Positions 6,852 through 15,230 of a stretch of DNA of 32,798 nucleotides are shown piece after piece. The stretch is from a virus. Numbering within the stretch: the stretch's first letter is position 1; every line of letters starts with the position of its first letter. The position numbers and the translations under genes were made by a program. Below the pieces are notes generated by a model. That model saw nothing but the letters and a program-made list of their open reading frames with translations, did no database searches and was not told where the DNA came from. The DNA lies in UHGV virus genome UHGV-0202764; one strand, given 5' to 3'.

Positions 6852-7269
6852 GCAAAAAGGCATGAAAGCACAAGATCTATGGATGTGCTGGCTTATCGAA
6901 GTAATGACACCGGCAGGAAAAAGAACGTGTCAAGGTATAGATAAAATCAAAGATGCAACGCATTCAGGCGCACAGCTTGCGGCACTCAACGAAGCCTTAT
7001 CGCATATGACAGAACATTGCGACATTGACATATACCTGACAGACGTATTTGTCGAAACGGCTTATAAACAAAATTGGTTAGAAAAATGGGAGCATAGCAA
7101 CTGGATATCAGCGAGAGGAAAGGAGATCAAGCACATAGCAGAATGGGAACAGCTTAAAAGGCTGCTGGCCGGGCATAGCGTAAAGATGCACTTTACCTGT
7201 ACGCATGAATATTCTAGCTGGATGCAAACACAAATAAAATTAAAAATCAAGGAGGAAAAAAATGTATAA
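6820..7269 (+). CDS. RNase HI-fold protein, active site apparently degenerate
   Basis: VNIYT..., QLAALNEALSHM...IDIY, WLEKWEHSNWISARGKEIKHIAEWEQL matches the RNase HI basic-protrusion region. Confidence 0.8.
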   Translation: MRHVNIYTEIEQKGMKAQDLWMCWLIEVMTPAGKRTCQGIDKIKDATHSGAQLAALNEALSHMTEHCDIDIYLTDVFVETAYKQNWLEKWEHSNWISARGKEIKHIAEWEQLKRLLAGHSVKMHFTCTHEYSSWMQTQIKLKIKEEKNV

Positions 7270-7762
7270 AGAATTTGGATCAGTAGCAGAATTAAACGGA
7301 CTTGCTGAAAGCTTAAGAAAGGCAGGAAAAGAAAAAGAGATCATGGATCTGGCGATACAGCAGGGCATAGACGAGGACGAGGCACAGGACTACATAGACG
7401 GAATTGTTGATCTGTTCGCAACAAAAAATATGGCGTGTTTCGGTAAATTACGAATGAAAGAGCAGGAATTAAAGCTTGAAGGGATATTCAGAGACTGGGT
7501 AGACGAGATCAGAAGAACAGTATTACAGGATCAAGACCTTGCGGAAAGAATATATACAAAGAGCTTGGAGGGATGCCTGGCTGAAATACTGACGGAATCA
7601 TCAAAGATGAAAACAAAAGTACCGTCAGAAATCGCCGAGCTTGCAACGATAAAGATAAACGGAACAGAATGGAGAATGAAGCGACCGGCTTATATAAATA
7701 GACCTAGTGCTGCGCAGATAAGAATGCTTATTCAAAAATACTACAGACGAAAAGACGGCTAG
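7262..7762 (+). CDS. Hypothetical protein with PcfK-like C-terminal half
   Basis: DQDLAERIYTKSLEGCLAEI...QKYY resembles the PcfK-like pattern (from memory); AGGAGG SD. Confidence 0.5.
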   Translation: MYKEFGSVAELNGLAESLRKAGKEKEIMDLAIQQGIDEDEAQDYIDGIVDLFATKNMACFGKLRMKEQELKLEGIFRDWVDEIRRTVLQDQDLAERIYTKSLEGCLAEILTESSKMKTKVPSEIAELATIKINGTEWRMKRPAYINRPSAAQIRMLIQKYYRRKDG

Positions 7763-7831
7763 ATACTGTCGTCAACAATATCTAGCGCGATTTTCAACAG
7801 CGCAAAAATAACGATTTTGGAGGTACAAAAA

Positions 7832-8173
7832 ATGGCAAGTAAGCAGGCGCGAGCAAAGGAGTTTTCCGCGCAGACAAGAAAAAAGATAAAGGAGCGCGAC
7901 CAGATCTGCATTTTTTGCAAAATGGGCTACCACACGGAAAAGGTGACGCCTTTTTCGCAGCAAATGACGTCGATCATGCATTACATACCGCGATCAGCCG
8001 GCGGGCTTGGGATCGAGGAAAACGGCGCGTTGGGATGCTTGACGCATCACAACATGATGGACAATGGCTTTGAGGGTAGACGCAAGGAAATGCTGGCACT
8101 CTATAAAGAGTACATGCAAAGGTTATACCCGGACTGGAACGAGGAAGATTTAAGATATAAAAAATGGAAGTGA
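7832..8173 (+). CDS. HNH endonuclease-like protein
   Basis: ERDQICIFC...MHYIPRSAGGLGIEENGALGCLTHH; GGAGG SD before the ATG at 7832. Confidence 0.8.
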   Translation: MASKQARAKEFSAQTRKKIKERDQICIFCKMGYHTEKVTPFSQQMTSIMHYIPRSAGGLGIEENGALGCLTHHNMMDNGFEGRRKEMLALYKEYMQRLYPDWNEEDLRYKKWK

Positions 8174-8178
8174 ATAAG

Positions 8179-9099
8179 ATGAAAGAATTAAAGGTGTGCT
8201 GGATAAGTGCAGGAGTATCTTCGTTTATGGCTGGCGTGCTTGCCGGAGACGTAGACGAATGGATATACATAGATATAGACGATCAGCACAGAGACAGCAT
8301 TAGATTTATTAAAGATTGTGAAAAAGCGATAGGAAAAAAGATAAAGATACTAAAATCGCCAGAATACTCGTCGGTTGAAGAATGCATAAAAACGGCGGGG
8401 ATGTTTAAAAACCCAAACAACAATTTCGCACCATGCACAAACTGGTTGAAGAAACGAGTGCGAAAAAATTGGGAAAAAGAACACGAAAACTATAATTTAA
8501 CATACATATGGGGATACGATCTAACAGAACAAAGAAGAATGGAACGGATGATAGAAGCAAATCCACAGGCAAGGCATATATTCCCGCTTATAGAAAAAGG
8601 CTTAAATAAACAGGAAGTGCATGGGCTGTTTAGAAGAATGTACGATTTCGATATACCGGAAATGTACAGACTTGGATACCCGAATAATAACTGCATTAGA
8701 TGCGTAAAAGGCGGCATGGGATATTGGAACAAGATAAGAAAAGACTTCCCGGAGGTATTTAGACAGCGCGCGGAGCTTGAAAGAAAAATAGGGTATTCAA
8801 TGCTGAAAGATAAAAAGGGAAATAGAATTTTTCTTGATGAGCTGGACCCAAACCGAGGAGATATGAATACGGAAATATTACCGGATTGCGGCTTTATGTG
8901 CTATTTTGCAGAATTAGAACAAGAGGAAAAAGGAGAGAAAGAGATCACCGGCGACAGAAATTTCATAATCTTATGGCAACAGTGGACGGTACTGGAAGTA
9001 TATGAGCATCATGTACTGATGCGAAGCGAAAAAGGATATAAAGAGAGCTTTACGAAAGAAGAAATAAAAAAGCTGATCCGAGAAGGAGGAATAAAATGA
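8179..9099 (+). CDS. PAPS reductase-like (PP-loop) protein with an extra C-terminal segment
   Basis: CWISAGVSS PP-loop variant, APCT, FPLIE, MYRLGYPNNNCIRCVKGG, DCGFMC. Confidence 0.8.
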   Translation: MKELKVCWISAGVSSFMAGVLAGDVDEWIYIDIDDQHRDSIRFIKDCEKAIGKKIKILKSPEYSSVEECIKTAGMFKNPNNNFAPCTNWLKKRVRKNWEKEHENYNLTYIWGYDLTEQRRMERMIEANPQARHIFPLIEKGLNKQEVHGLFRRMYDFDIPEMYRLGYPNNNCIRCVKGGMGYWNKIRKDFPEVFRQRAELERKIGYSMLKDKKGNRIFLDELDPNRGDMNTEILPDCGFMCYFAELEQEEKGEKEITGDRNFIILWQQWTVLEVYEHHVLMRSEKGYKESFTKEEIKKLIREGGIK

Positions 9100-9491
9100 C
9101 AATAGAAGAAAAGGCAGACAGAATAGAAGCGTATTGCACAAGCAGGTATAACTGCCAGAAATGCCCGCTACATAACAACGATGAAAGTACATGTTATGAA
9201 AGCTGGGAGGAATACCCGGAAGCGATTGCGAGAAATTATGCAACGCTATTCGGCGACGAACAACACGACAATGTAAACCACCCTGCACACTATCAAGGAA
9301 AAAATGAGTGTATAGACGTAATGCTTGCAATGTTCGGAGTGGAAGCTGTTAAACATTTCTGCATGTGCAACGCTTACAAGTATCGTTTCCGCGCAGGGAT
9401 GAAGAACGGAGCGGAAGATATAGAAAAAGCGGAATGGTACGAAAGCAAATTAATAGAATTAGGAGGTGTAGATGAATGTATAAAAGATTAA
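9096..9491 (+). CDS. DUF3310 domain protein with N-terminal Cys-rich region
   Basis: DNVNHPAHYQ...ECID...FCMCNAYKYRFRAGMKNGAEDIEKAEWY. Confidence 0.88.
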   Translation: MTIEEKADRIEAYCTSRYNCQKCPLHNNDESTCYESWEEYPEAIARNYATLFGDEQHDNVNHPAHYQGKNECIDVMLAMFGVEAVKHFCMCNAYKYRFRAGMKNGAEDIEKAEWYESKLIELGGVDECIKD

Positions 9492-9691
9492 AACCATGCC
9501 CGTTCTGTGGAGGAGAAGGATATATAAATTACGAACGCATACCGGGAGAAGATAAAGGCTGCTGGGCACAGGTTATCTGTAAAAAATGTCACGCAAGAAG
9601 CTGCGGAACGTGGTCTAATTCTTACGAAAATGCAGGAAAAAGAGAAATAAATGCATGGAATAGGAGGGCGAACAATGGGAAGATTGATTGA
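9476..9691 (+). CDS. Lar-family restriction alleviation-like protein
   Basis: LKPCPFCGG...CKKC...AWNRR. Confidence 0.85.
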   Translation: MYKRLKPCPFCGGEGYINYERIPGEDKGCWAQVICKKCHARSCGTWSNSYENAGKREINAWNRRANNGKID

Positions 9692-10001
9692 TGCAGACGA
9701 CCTGATCGGTTACTTAGGATTTAAAGATACGCAGGAGGAAAGAGACAACAATTATGCGCAGGATATAACGCTTGAAGAAATAGACAGAATAGAAACGGTA
9801 AATGTAGAGGAAAGGGAAGAAGTCAAAAAACTGATCCGGGAAGCGAAGAAAAAGACTATTGACGACTTTTGCGAAAAGTTACGCGTGGCATCGGAATATG
9901 TTAAACCGGTCGGATGGACTACGCGGCAGGAGGTTATACAATTTGTCCATGTAAGGACAATAGCGGAAGACATGAAAGAGAAAATCGACGCAGAAGATTG
10001 A
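9675..10001 (+). CDS. Phage hypothetical protein (MGRLIDADDL...)
   Basis: AGGAGG SD; common phage N-terminus RLIDAD. Confidence 0.75.
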   Translation: MGRLIDADDLIGYLGFKDTQEERDNNYAQDITLEEIDRIETVNVEEREEVKKLIREAKKKTIDDFCEKLRVASEYVKPVGWTTRQEVIQFVHVRTIAEDMKEKIDAED

Positions 10002-10023
10002 TAAAAATGGGAGGTACGACAAA

Positions 10024-10404
10024 ATGACGATTGATGAAGCAATAAAAAAAGAGACAACAAGAGCAGAAGAATGGAGAAACAAGGTAATACAGTTCGGAAA
10101 AATTGAAAACAAAGCAATATACATGGAGCTTGCAGAAGAATGCGAACAAAAAGCAAAATGGCTTGAAGAATTGAAATGCTACAAAGATAAACGGTGCATA
10201 ACAATTAATTTAGACGCAAATAGCGACGAAGTAAAAAGATTGATAGCAGACGCACGGATAAAGGCTATAGATGATTTTTACAGTGCGATGCAGACAGACT
10301 ATAGCATGAAAGGATTGCAAATAAAAAGGAGAAAGATATTAAAAAAGGCAGCAGGCGTAAAAGAGCAGTTAAAGAAAAAGTATTTGAAAGGAGCGAACTT
10401 GTGA
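10024..10404 (+). CDS. Phage hypothetical protein (MTIDEAIK...)
   Basis: GGGAGG SD; EECEQKAKWLEELK motif. Confidence 0.75.
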   Translation: MTIDEAIKKETTRAEEWRNKVIQFGKIENKAIYMELAEECEQKAKWLEELKCYKDKRCITINLDANSDEVKRLIADARIKAIDDFYSAMQTDYSMKGLQIKRRKILKKAAGVKEQLKKKYLKGANL

Positions 10405-10496
10405 GAATAGCGACAGATATAGCTTGCATCGTTGCATTGCTGATGATACCCAATCTGCGCAGGAGATAGTGAAGAAAAGAAAGGAGATATAAGATC

Positions 10497-10784
10497 ATGC
10501 GACTGATAAGTCAAAAGAGTATAGGATATATAGACGTTGAATATGAAAAAGGCATTGTATTTTTAAGAAACGAAGAAAAAAGGACAATGGTTGTATACAT
10601 AGTAAACGACAGGCTGCAGATAGTGATAGCGGCATATGATTCGGAATACAAGGCAAGAAAAGTATTGAAGGACATGAGAGAAATATATGAGGATTACATA
10701 ATAGCAGAAGGGTACCAAAAGGTGTTTTACTTTGCACCACCGAAAATATTTGAGTTTCCAGAGAATAACGCAGTGGAGGTATAA
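10497..10784 (+). CDS. Phage hypothetical protein (MRLISQ...)
   Basis: AAGGAG SD; co-oriented with neighbours. Confidence 0.75.
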   Translation: MRLISQKSIGYIDVEYEKGIVFLRNEEKRTMVVYIVNDRLQIVIAAYDSEYKARKVLKDMREIYEDYIIAEGYQKVFYFAPPKIFEFPENNAVEV

Positions 10785-10788
10785 AGAT

Positions 10789-11349
10789 ATGTTTTTAAGT
10801 ACAAAAATAGTAAACAAGCTCATAAAAGAAGCATTTAAAACCAGGCTGGTGATAGCCGCAACAGAGGAATCTATACACCTTGAAGGAACGTACTGGATGA
10901 TAGACATAAAAAGAGACTTCCTTCCGAAGGAGATCATGGCGAAGATCATAGAATTGACCGGCTGGATTCCGGAAGCAGGCGAGCGCGTGATTGCAAATAA
11001 AGACGGCTGGCAGTATGAAGTCGGGGCTTTGGAAATCGAAAAAGAATTTGATGGAAAACGACTGGAAGTAACAAATGTATCAATAAAATCAGCGTGGGAT
11101 ATATACCAGCGCGTCTTGCAGGACGAAAACGGTAAGACGTATTTAATAAATGATGTATTTATAGACATGACAAAGGGAACAGAATTGGAAGACGGAGAAG
11201 TATTTCCGGGTAAGCCGTTATATAACGAATCCGGCGCGGAATGGAAGAATAACGCAGGCGCGTTATATGTAAGATTCCGGCAGGATATGCAGCATGAAAG
11301 AATACTTGAAGAAATGACAAAAATAGATCTGACGGAGGATGTAGGCTGA
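10789..11349 (+). CDS. Phage hypothetical protein, 186 aa
   Basis: GGAGG SD before the ATG at 10789. Confidence 0.75.
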   Translation: MFLSTKIVNKLIKEAFKTRLVIAATEESIHLEGTYWMIDIKRDFLPKEIMAKIIELTGWIPEAGERVIANKDGWQYEVGALEIEKEFDGKRLEVTNVSIKSAWDIYQRVLQDENGKTYLINDVFIDMTKGTELEDGEVFPGKPLYNESGAEWKNNAGALYVRFRQDMQHERILEEMTKIDLTEDVG

Positions 11350-11483
11350 TGGATGATACAAAGAAGACATGCAGATTTTACGATGAGAGAAGAAACGAAT
11401 GTACAGCATTAAAGCTGATATTTTGTAAAAATGAAAAATGCAATTTCTTCAAAGAAAAGGAAGACGAAGAAGAAAACGAGTAA
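11349..11483 (+). CDS. Small Cys-rich protein, 44 aa (MDDTKKTCRFY...C...C...CNFFK)
   Basis: Translated by hand; TGATG overlap with the upstream stop; GGAGG SD; four Cys. Confidence 0.65.
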   Translation: MDDTKKTCRFYDERRNECTALKLIFCKNEKCNFFKEKEDEEENE

Positions 11484-11516
11484 AGTTGCACCGGTGCAAC
11501 AGAAAAGAGGTGGAAC

Positions 11517-11846
11517 GTGGACGAACAGCAGAAAAAAGAGATTAAAGACATAGTAAAAGTGGTTGTTAAAGAGTTAAAAAAATCAAATCTGCTGAAAGAT
11601 GAAAAAGATGCAGTATATAGCGAGATATCAAAGAGACTGTATACATATTATCGAACAGGGAAAGATGCAGAGCTAGAACATGCACTACACGAATTTAAAG
11701 ACGACGCATACAAGGACGTTATACGGATGTATTACAGAGATGGACGCACGATTGAAGATATAGCTGCCGAAATGGATGTTGATACGTCGACGATCACGCG
11801 GAATAAAAAAAGGATCTGTTTAGGACTGTATCTGATATTAGAGTAA
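11517..11846 (+). CDS. Sigma-70 region-4-like / ArpU-type late transcription regulator
   Basis: VIRMYYRDGRTIEDIAAEMDVDTSTITRNKKR HTH; last gene before the late region. Confidence 0.8.
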   Translation: MDEQQKKEIKDIVKVVVKELKKSNLLKDEKDAVYSEISKRLYTYYRTGKDAELEHALHEFKDDAYKDVIRMYYRDGRTIEDIAAEMDVDTSTITRNKKRICLGLYLILE

Positions 11847-11850
11847 AGGC

Positions 11851-11883
11851 AAGGACTACTGTATAAATGCAGTAGTCCTTTTT
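11851..11883 (+). terminator. Intrinsic terminator ending the early/middle operon
   Basis: AAGGACTACTG...CAGTAGTCCTT followed by TTT. Confidence 0.8.
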
Positions 11884-11983
11884 CGTGGCAGCAGTCGCAA
11901 GGCGCACATATGCACACATGTGTGCTATGGCATATATATAAAAAAAGAAATAAAATCTAATTAAAAAGATCGGAGGGTTTGAT

Positions 11984-12226
11984 ATGAAAAAGAATATTGT
12001 TAGAAAATTAACAAGTAGAAAATTATGGATGTCGCTGGCGTCGTTTGTAATGAATCTGCTTGTTTTTTTTGGATATACAGAAAATACAGCAACACAGGTT
12101 GCGGCGTTAATAATGGCAGGGGCGACAGTGATCGGTTATGTGATCGGCGAAGGACTGGCTGACAGTTCGACGACACTTGAAAGCTGCATCAGCGAGCTTG
12201 ACACAACAGACAAGCCGGAGGAATAG
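11984..12226 (+). CDS. Putative holin
   Basis: RKLTSRKLW N-terminus, two TM segments, upstream of the endolysin. Confidence 0.7.
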   Translation: MKKNIVRKLTSRKLWMSLASFVMNLLVFFGYTENTATQVAALIMAGATVIGYVIGEGLADSSTTLESCISELDTTDKPEE

Positions 12227-12228
12227 AA

Positions 12229-12492
12229 ATGATAGATATAATCGTCGCATTGATAACGTCAGGACTAACGCTGGTAGGTGTGATTTTGAGCAACAATAAC
12301 AGCAATAAAAAAATCGAGGGTAAGATCAAGACGGCACAGGCAGTCACAGATTGCAAGGTGGACGAGCTTACAAGAGAGGTAAGGGAGCATAACAACTTTG
12401 CAAGGCGAATGCCGGTAGTCGAAGAACAAATAAAGGTTATCAATCACAGATTGGAGGATCTGGAATATGAAGACAAACACGGCGGGAATTAA
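12229..12492 (+). CDS. Lysis-module membrane protein (holin-like)
   Basis: N-terminal TM plus coiled coil ELTREVREHNNFARRMPVVEEQIKVINHRLEDLE. Confidence 0.65.
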   Translation: MIDIIVALITSGLTLVGVILSNNNSNKKIEGKIKTAQAVTDCKVDELTREVREHNNFARRMPVVEEQIKVINHRLEDLEYEDKHGGN

Positions 12493-13129
12493 TTTGATAA
12501 AGAAATATGAGGGCTGTGTGCTTACGGCGTACAGATGCCCGGCTGGCGTGCTTACGATCGGATACGGACACACCGGAACAGACGTAAAGGAAGACATGAT
12601 TATCACAAAGGCACAGGCAGAAAAGCTGTTAAAAACTGATCTTGTAGCGTTTGAGAAAAAGGTTAGTGCATATGATTCTATCTATCATTTCAACGCGAAT
12701 CAGTTTTCGGCTCTAGTGTCATTTGCGTACAATATCGGATCTATAGATCAGTTGACAGCAAAAGGTACAAGATCATTAGAAGAAATCAGCAAAAAGATGC
12801 TGTTATACAACAAGGCAGCAGGCAAACAGTTACCGGGCTTGGTGAAGCGGAGAAAAGCAGAGCAGGAGCTGTTTAACAAAAAAGTAACAAAGACAAACAC
12901 AGCAAAGGCAGAGACAGCAAAGACAGATGAAGCAGCAAAGGCAGCAGGCTATAAGATCAAAGTCACAACGCCAAAAGGCTTATACATTAGAAAAGGGACA
13001 TCAACCAGCACGGCAAAGGTAGGCACGCTGGTGTATGGCGCGGAGAAAACAGTGACAAAAGAAAAAGACGGATGGGGCTACATCAACGGCAAAGGCTGGA
13101 TATGTCTTAAATACACAAAGAAGGTGTAA
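12467..13129 (+). CDS. Endolysin: GH24 lysozyme with C-terminal SH3b-like domain
   Basis: YEGCVLTAYRCPAGVLTIGYGHT (E-8x-C-5x-T), ALVSFAYNIG, LPGLVKRRKAEQELF; C-terminal LYIRKG...GWGY...GWI. Confidence 0.92.
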   Translation: MKTNTAGINLIKKYEGCVLTAYRCPAGVLTIGYGHTGTDVKEDMIITKAQAEKLLKTDLVAFEKKVSAYDSIYHFNANQFSALVSFAYNIGSIDQLTAKGTRSLEEISKKMLLYNKAAGKQLPGLVKRRKAEQELFNKKVTKTNTAKAETAKTDEAAKAAGYKIKVTTPKGLYIRKGTSTSTAKVGTLVYGAEKTVTKEKDGWGYINGKGWICLKYTKKV

Positions 13130-13149
13130 AGATTTAGGACGGTGATTGA

Positions 13150-13482
13150 ATGACAGAGCCGAAACTAAAACCGCAATTAAAATTGTTGGTATTAAATTAT
13201 CTCGGAACATGCGAAGGTAATGTAAAAAAGTCGGCAATATCCGCGGGATATTCAAAAACATACGCAGAAAAGCAAGCCTATAAATTATTGGCACGCGAGG
13301 ACGTGAAAGAATATATGCGGTATGTGCAGGAATTGAATGAGATTGACAAAAGCATTATGAGCGTGAAAGAAGTTCAAAAATTCTGGTCGGACATGATCCG
13401 CGATCCTAGAGCGTTAAATAGAGATAAGCTCCGAGCGTCGGAACTTTTAGCGAAAGCACAAGGACAGTTTGAAGAATGGTAA
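13150..13482 (+). CDS. Terminase small subunit-like protein (HTH, SPP1 G1P / Terminase_2 type)
   Basis: GNVKKSAISAGYSKTYAEKQAYKLL...KLRASELLAK. Confidence 0.8.
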   Translation: MTEPKLKPQLKLLVLNYLGTCEGNVKKSAISAGYSKTYAEKQAYKLLAREDVKEYMRYVQELNEIDKSIMSVKEVQKFWSDMIRDPRALNRDKLRASELLAKAQGQFEEW

Positions 13483-13486
13483 GGGT

Positions 13487-14182
13487 ATGTACAGTTTATT
13501 TACATTTTACAGATCAAAAAAATGGCAGACACTTGTAAGACAGATAAGAGACGAAAGAGCAGACAGTCAGGGAAAGACGATATGCGCATATTGCGGCAAA
13601 CCGATAACGAAGGAATATGATTGTATCGGACATCACATACAGGCGTTAACGGAGGAAAATGTTAATGACTATAAGATATCTTTAAATCCGGCGAATATAA
13701 TGTTAGTGCATCATAAATGCCATAACATTATACACGATAAATTATCCACGCGAGAACGAAAGGTTTACCTTGTGTACGGATCGCCGTTAGCGGGAAAGAC
13801 AAGCTATGTCCTTGACGCGAAAAGCGACGGAGATCTTATTATTGACATTGATGATATATGGCAATGCGTGAGCGGATGCAAACGGTACATAAAGCCGAAT
13901 AGGCTTAAAAGCGTAGTATTCGCGGTTAGAGATACACTACTTGATTGCGTGAAATATAGGCGCGGGAAATGGGCGAACGCTTATATCGTAGGTGGTTATC
14001 CGCTTGCGGCAGACAGAGAACGGCTGTGCCGGGAGCTTGGCGCGGAAGAAATATTTGTTGAATGCGACAAAGAAGAATGCATAAGACGATTAGAAGCGTG
14101 CGACGACAGAGATAAAAAAGAATGGAATCGGTTCATCGAAGAATGGTTTGATCACTTCACCCTCCCCACTTCGAGCGATTAA
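13487..14182 (+). CDS. HNH endonuclease fused to a P-loop domain
   Basis: CAYCGK...HHIQAL...NIMLVHHKCHNIIH followed by LVYGSPLAGKTSYV. Confidence 0.85.
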   Translation: MYSLFTFYRSKKWQTLVRQIRDERADSQGKTICAYCGKPITKEYDCIGHHIQALTEENVNDYKISLNPANIMLVHHKCHNIIHDKLSTRERKVYLVYGSPLAGKTSYVLDAKSDGDLIIDIDDIWQCVSGCKRYIKPNRLKSVVFAVRDTLLDCVKYRRGKWANAYIVGGYPLAADRERLCRELGAEEIFVECDKEECIRRLEACDDRDKKEWNRFIEEWFDHFTLPTSSD

Positions 14183-14291
14183 ACACCTCAAAGGGTACTG
14201 TTGGGGGGATCTTATTTTTCACAGAACCGGGAAAATTGAGATTTTTCAAATTGAAATTTGAAAGAAAGATGAAAAGGCAAAAGGTAAGAAA

Positions 14292-15230
14292 ATGAAGAAC
14301 ATTATTGAGATTGATGTAAAAAATGCATACTATTTCACAGTCAAATCTGTAAACGACGGAACAAATTCAATAATGGTCAAATTCAAAAATCATTCAAATA
14401 CAGGACGTTGTGAAATTTATCACGGTGACCTGTATCACACAGAGATACAGGTCGATGAAAACGGAATGATAACAGTACCAGATCAAGCATATATGGATGC
14501 GGGGCTGACGCATCTTAGGTATGAAAATGGGGTAACTACATGCTTTCTGCATTTAACAGGAAACGGAAGCGAATATAAAAATCTAATAGTGGAGCAGGTG
14601 TCCGGATGTGTGGCAAAGATAACAGGAGATGCGGACGATCATGTAACAGATTATGAAATAGCACTTGCTAGGATTATAAGCAATCACACAAAGAACACGT
14701 CAGAGAATTGCTACAAGGATTTGAATGAGTACAGAAATGCGCTGATCATATCATTAAATTCAGCGGGTACAAATTTGCAAACAAACTCAACGGTAAACGA
14801 TATAGCGGTAGCTGCTAAAGATCTGAATACAGATATTGAAAAGCTGGCGCAGATCATAAGCGAGGGCACGGACGGAAAGATAAAAGAATGCTACAAGGAT
14901 TTGAACGAATATAGAAAAGATATGATCGAATCGCTTAATAAATCAGGCGCGGATATATCAGAAAATGCAAACATAGAAGCCGTATCGGAACAGGTAAAAG
15001 CTGGAAATATTGAAATTACAAAAGGAAAAGAAGAAATCGCTGAAGCGATAACATCGAAAGGGATAGAAACGACAAGCAAAGATTCTTTATCAAACATGGC
15101 TGAAAAAATAAAACAGATCCAGACAGCCGGTTACGGAGTGAGCGGTTATATTGATGCAATAATAGAAACAAGTGGTGGAATATTTGCAATTTACGGATTG
15201 TATACCGTGGAAGAACAGGAGGCGAGTTAA
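14292..15230 (+). CDS. Putative structural / fibre-like protein with a 60-aa internal repeat
   Basis: CYKDLNEYR...SLN occurs twice, 180 bp apart; GKEEIAEAITSKGIET...MAEKIKQI motif recalled from clostridial tail fibres. Confidence 0.55.
   Translation: MKNIIEIDVKNAYYFTVKSVNDGTNSIMVKFKNHSNTGRCEIYHGDLYHTEIQVDENGMITVPDQAYMDAGLTHLRYENGVTTCFLHLTGNGSEYKNLIVEQVSGCVAKITGDADDHVTDYEIALARIISNHTKNTSENCYKDLNEYRNALIISLNSAGTNLQTNSTVNDIAVAAKDLNTDIEKLAQIISEGTDGKIKECYKDLNEYRKDMIESLNKSGADISENANIEAVSEQVKAGNIEITKGKEEIAEAITSKGIETTSKDSLSNMAEKIKQIQTAGYGVSGYIDAIIETSGGIFAIYGLYTVEEQEAS

Noticed and set aside
10401..10469. 22-codon hydrophobic ORF (VRIATDIACIVALLMIPNLRRR) with AAGGAG upstream
   Set aside because: Too short to support; may be a gene remnant.
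12509..12560. Cys in place of Asp in the lysozyme catalytic triad
   Set aside because: E-8x-C-5x-T is a known GH24 variant, so not evidence of inactivation or novelty.
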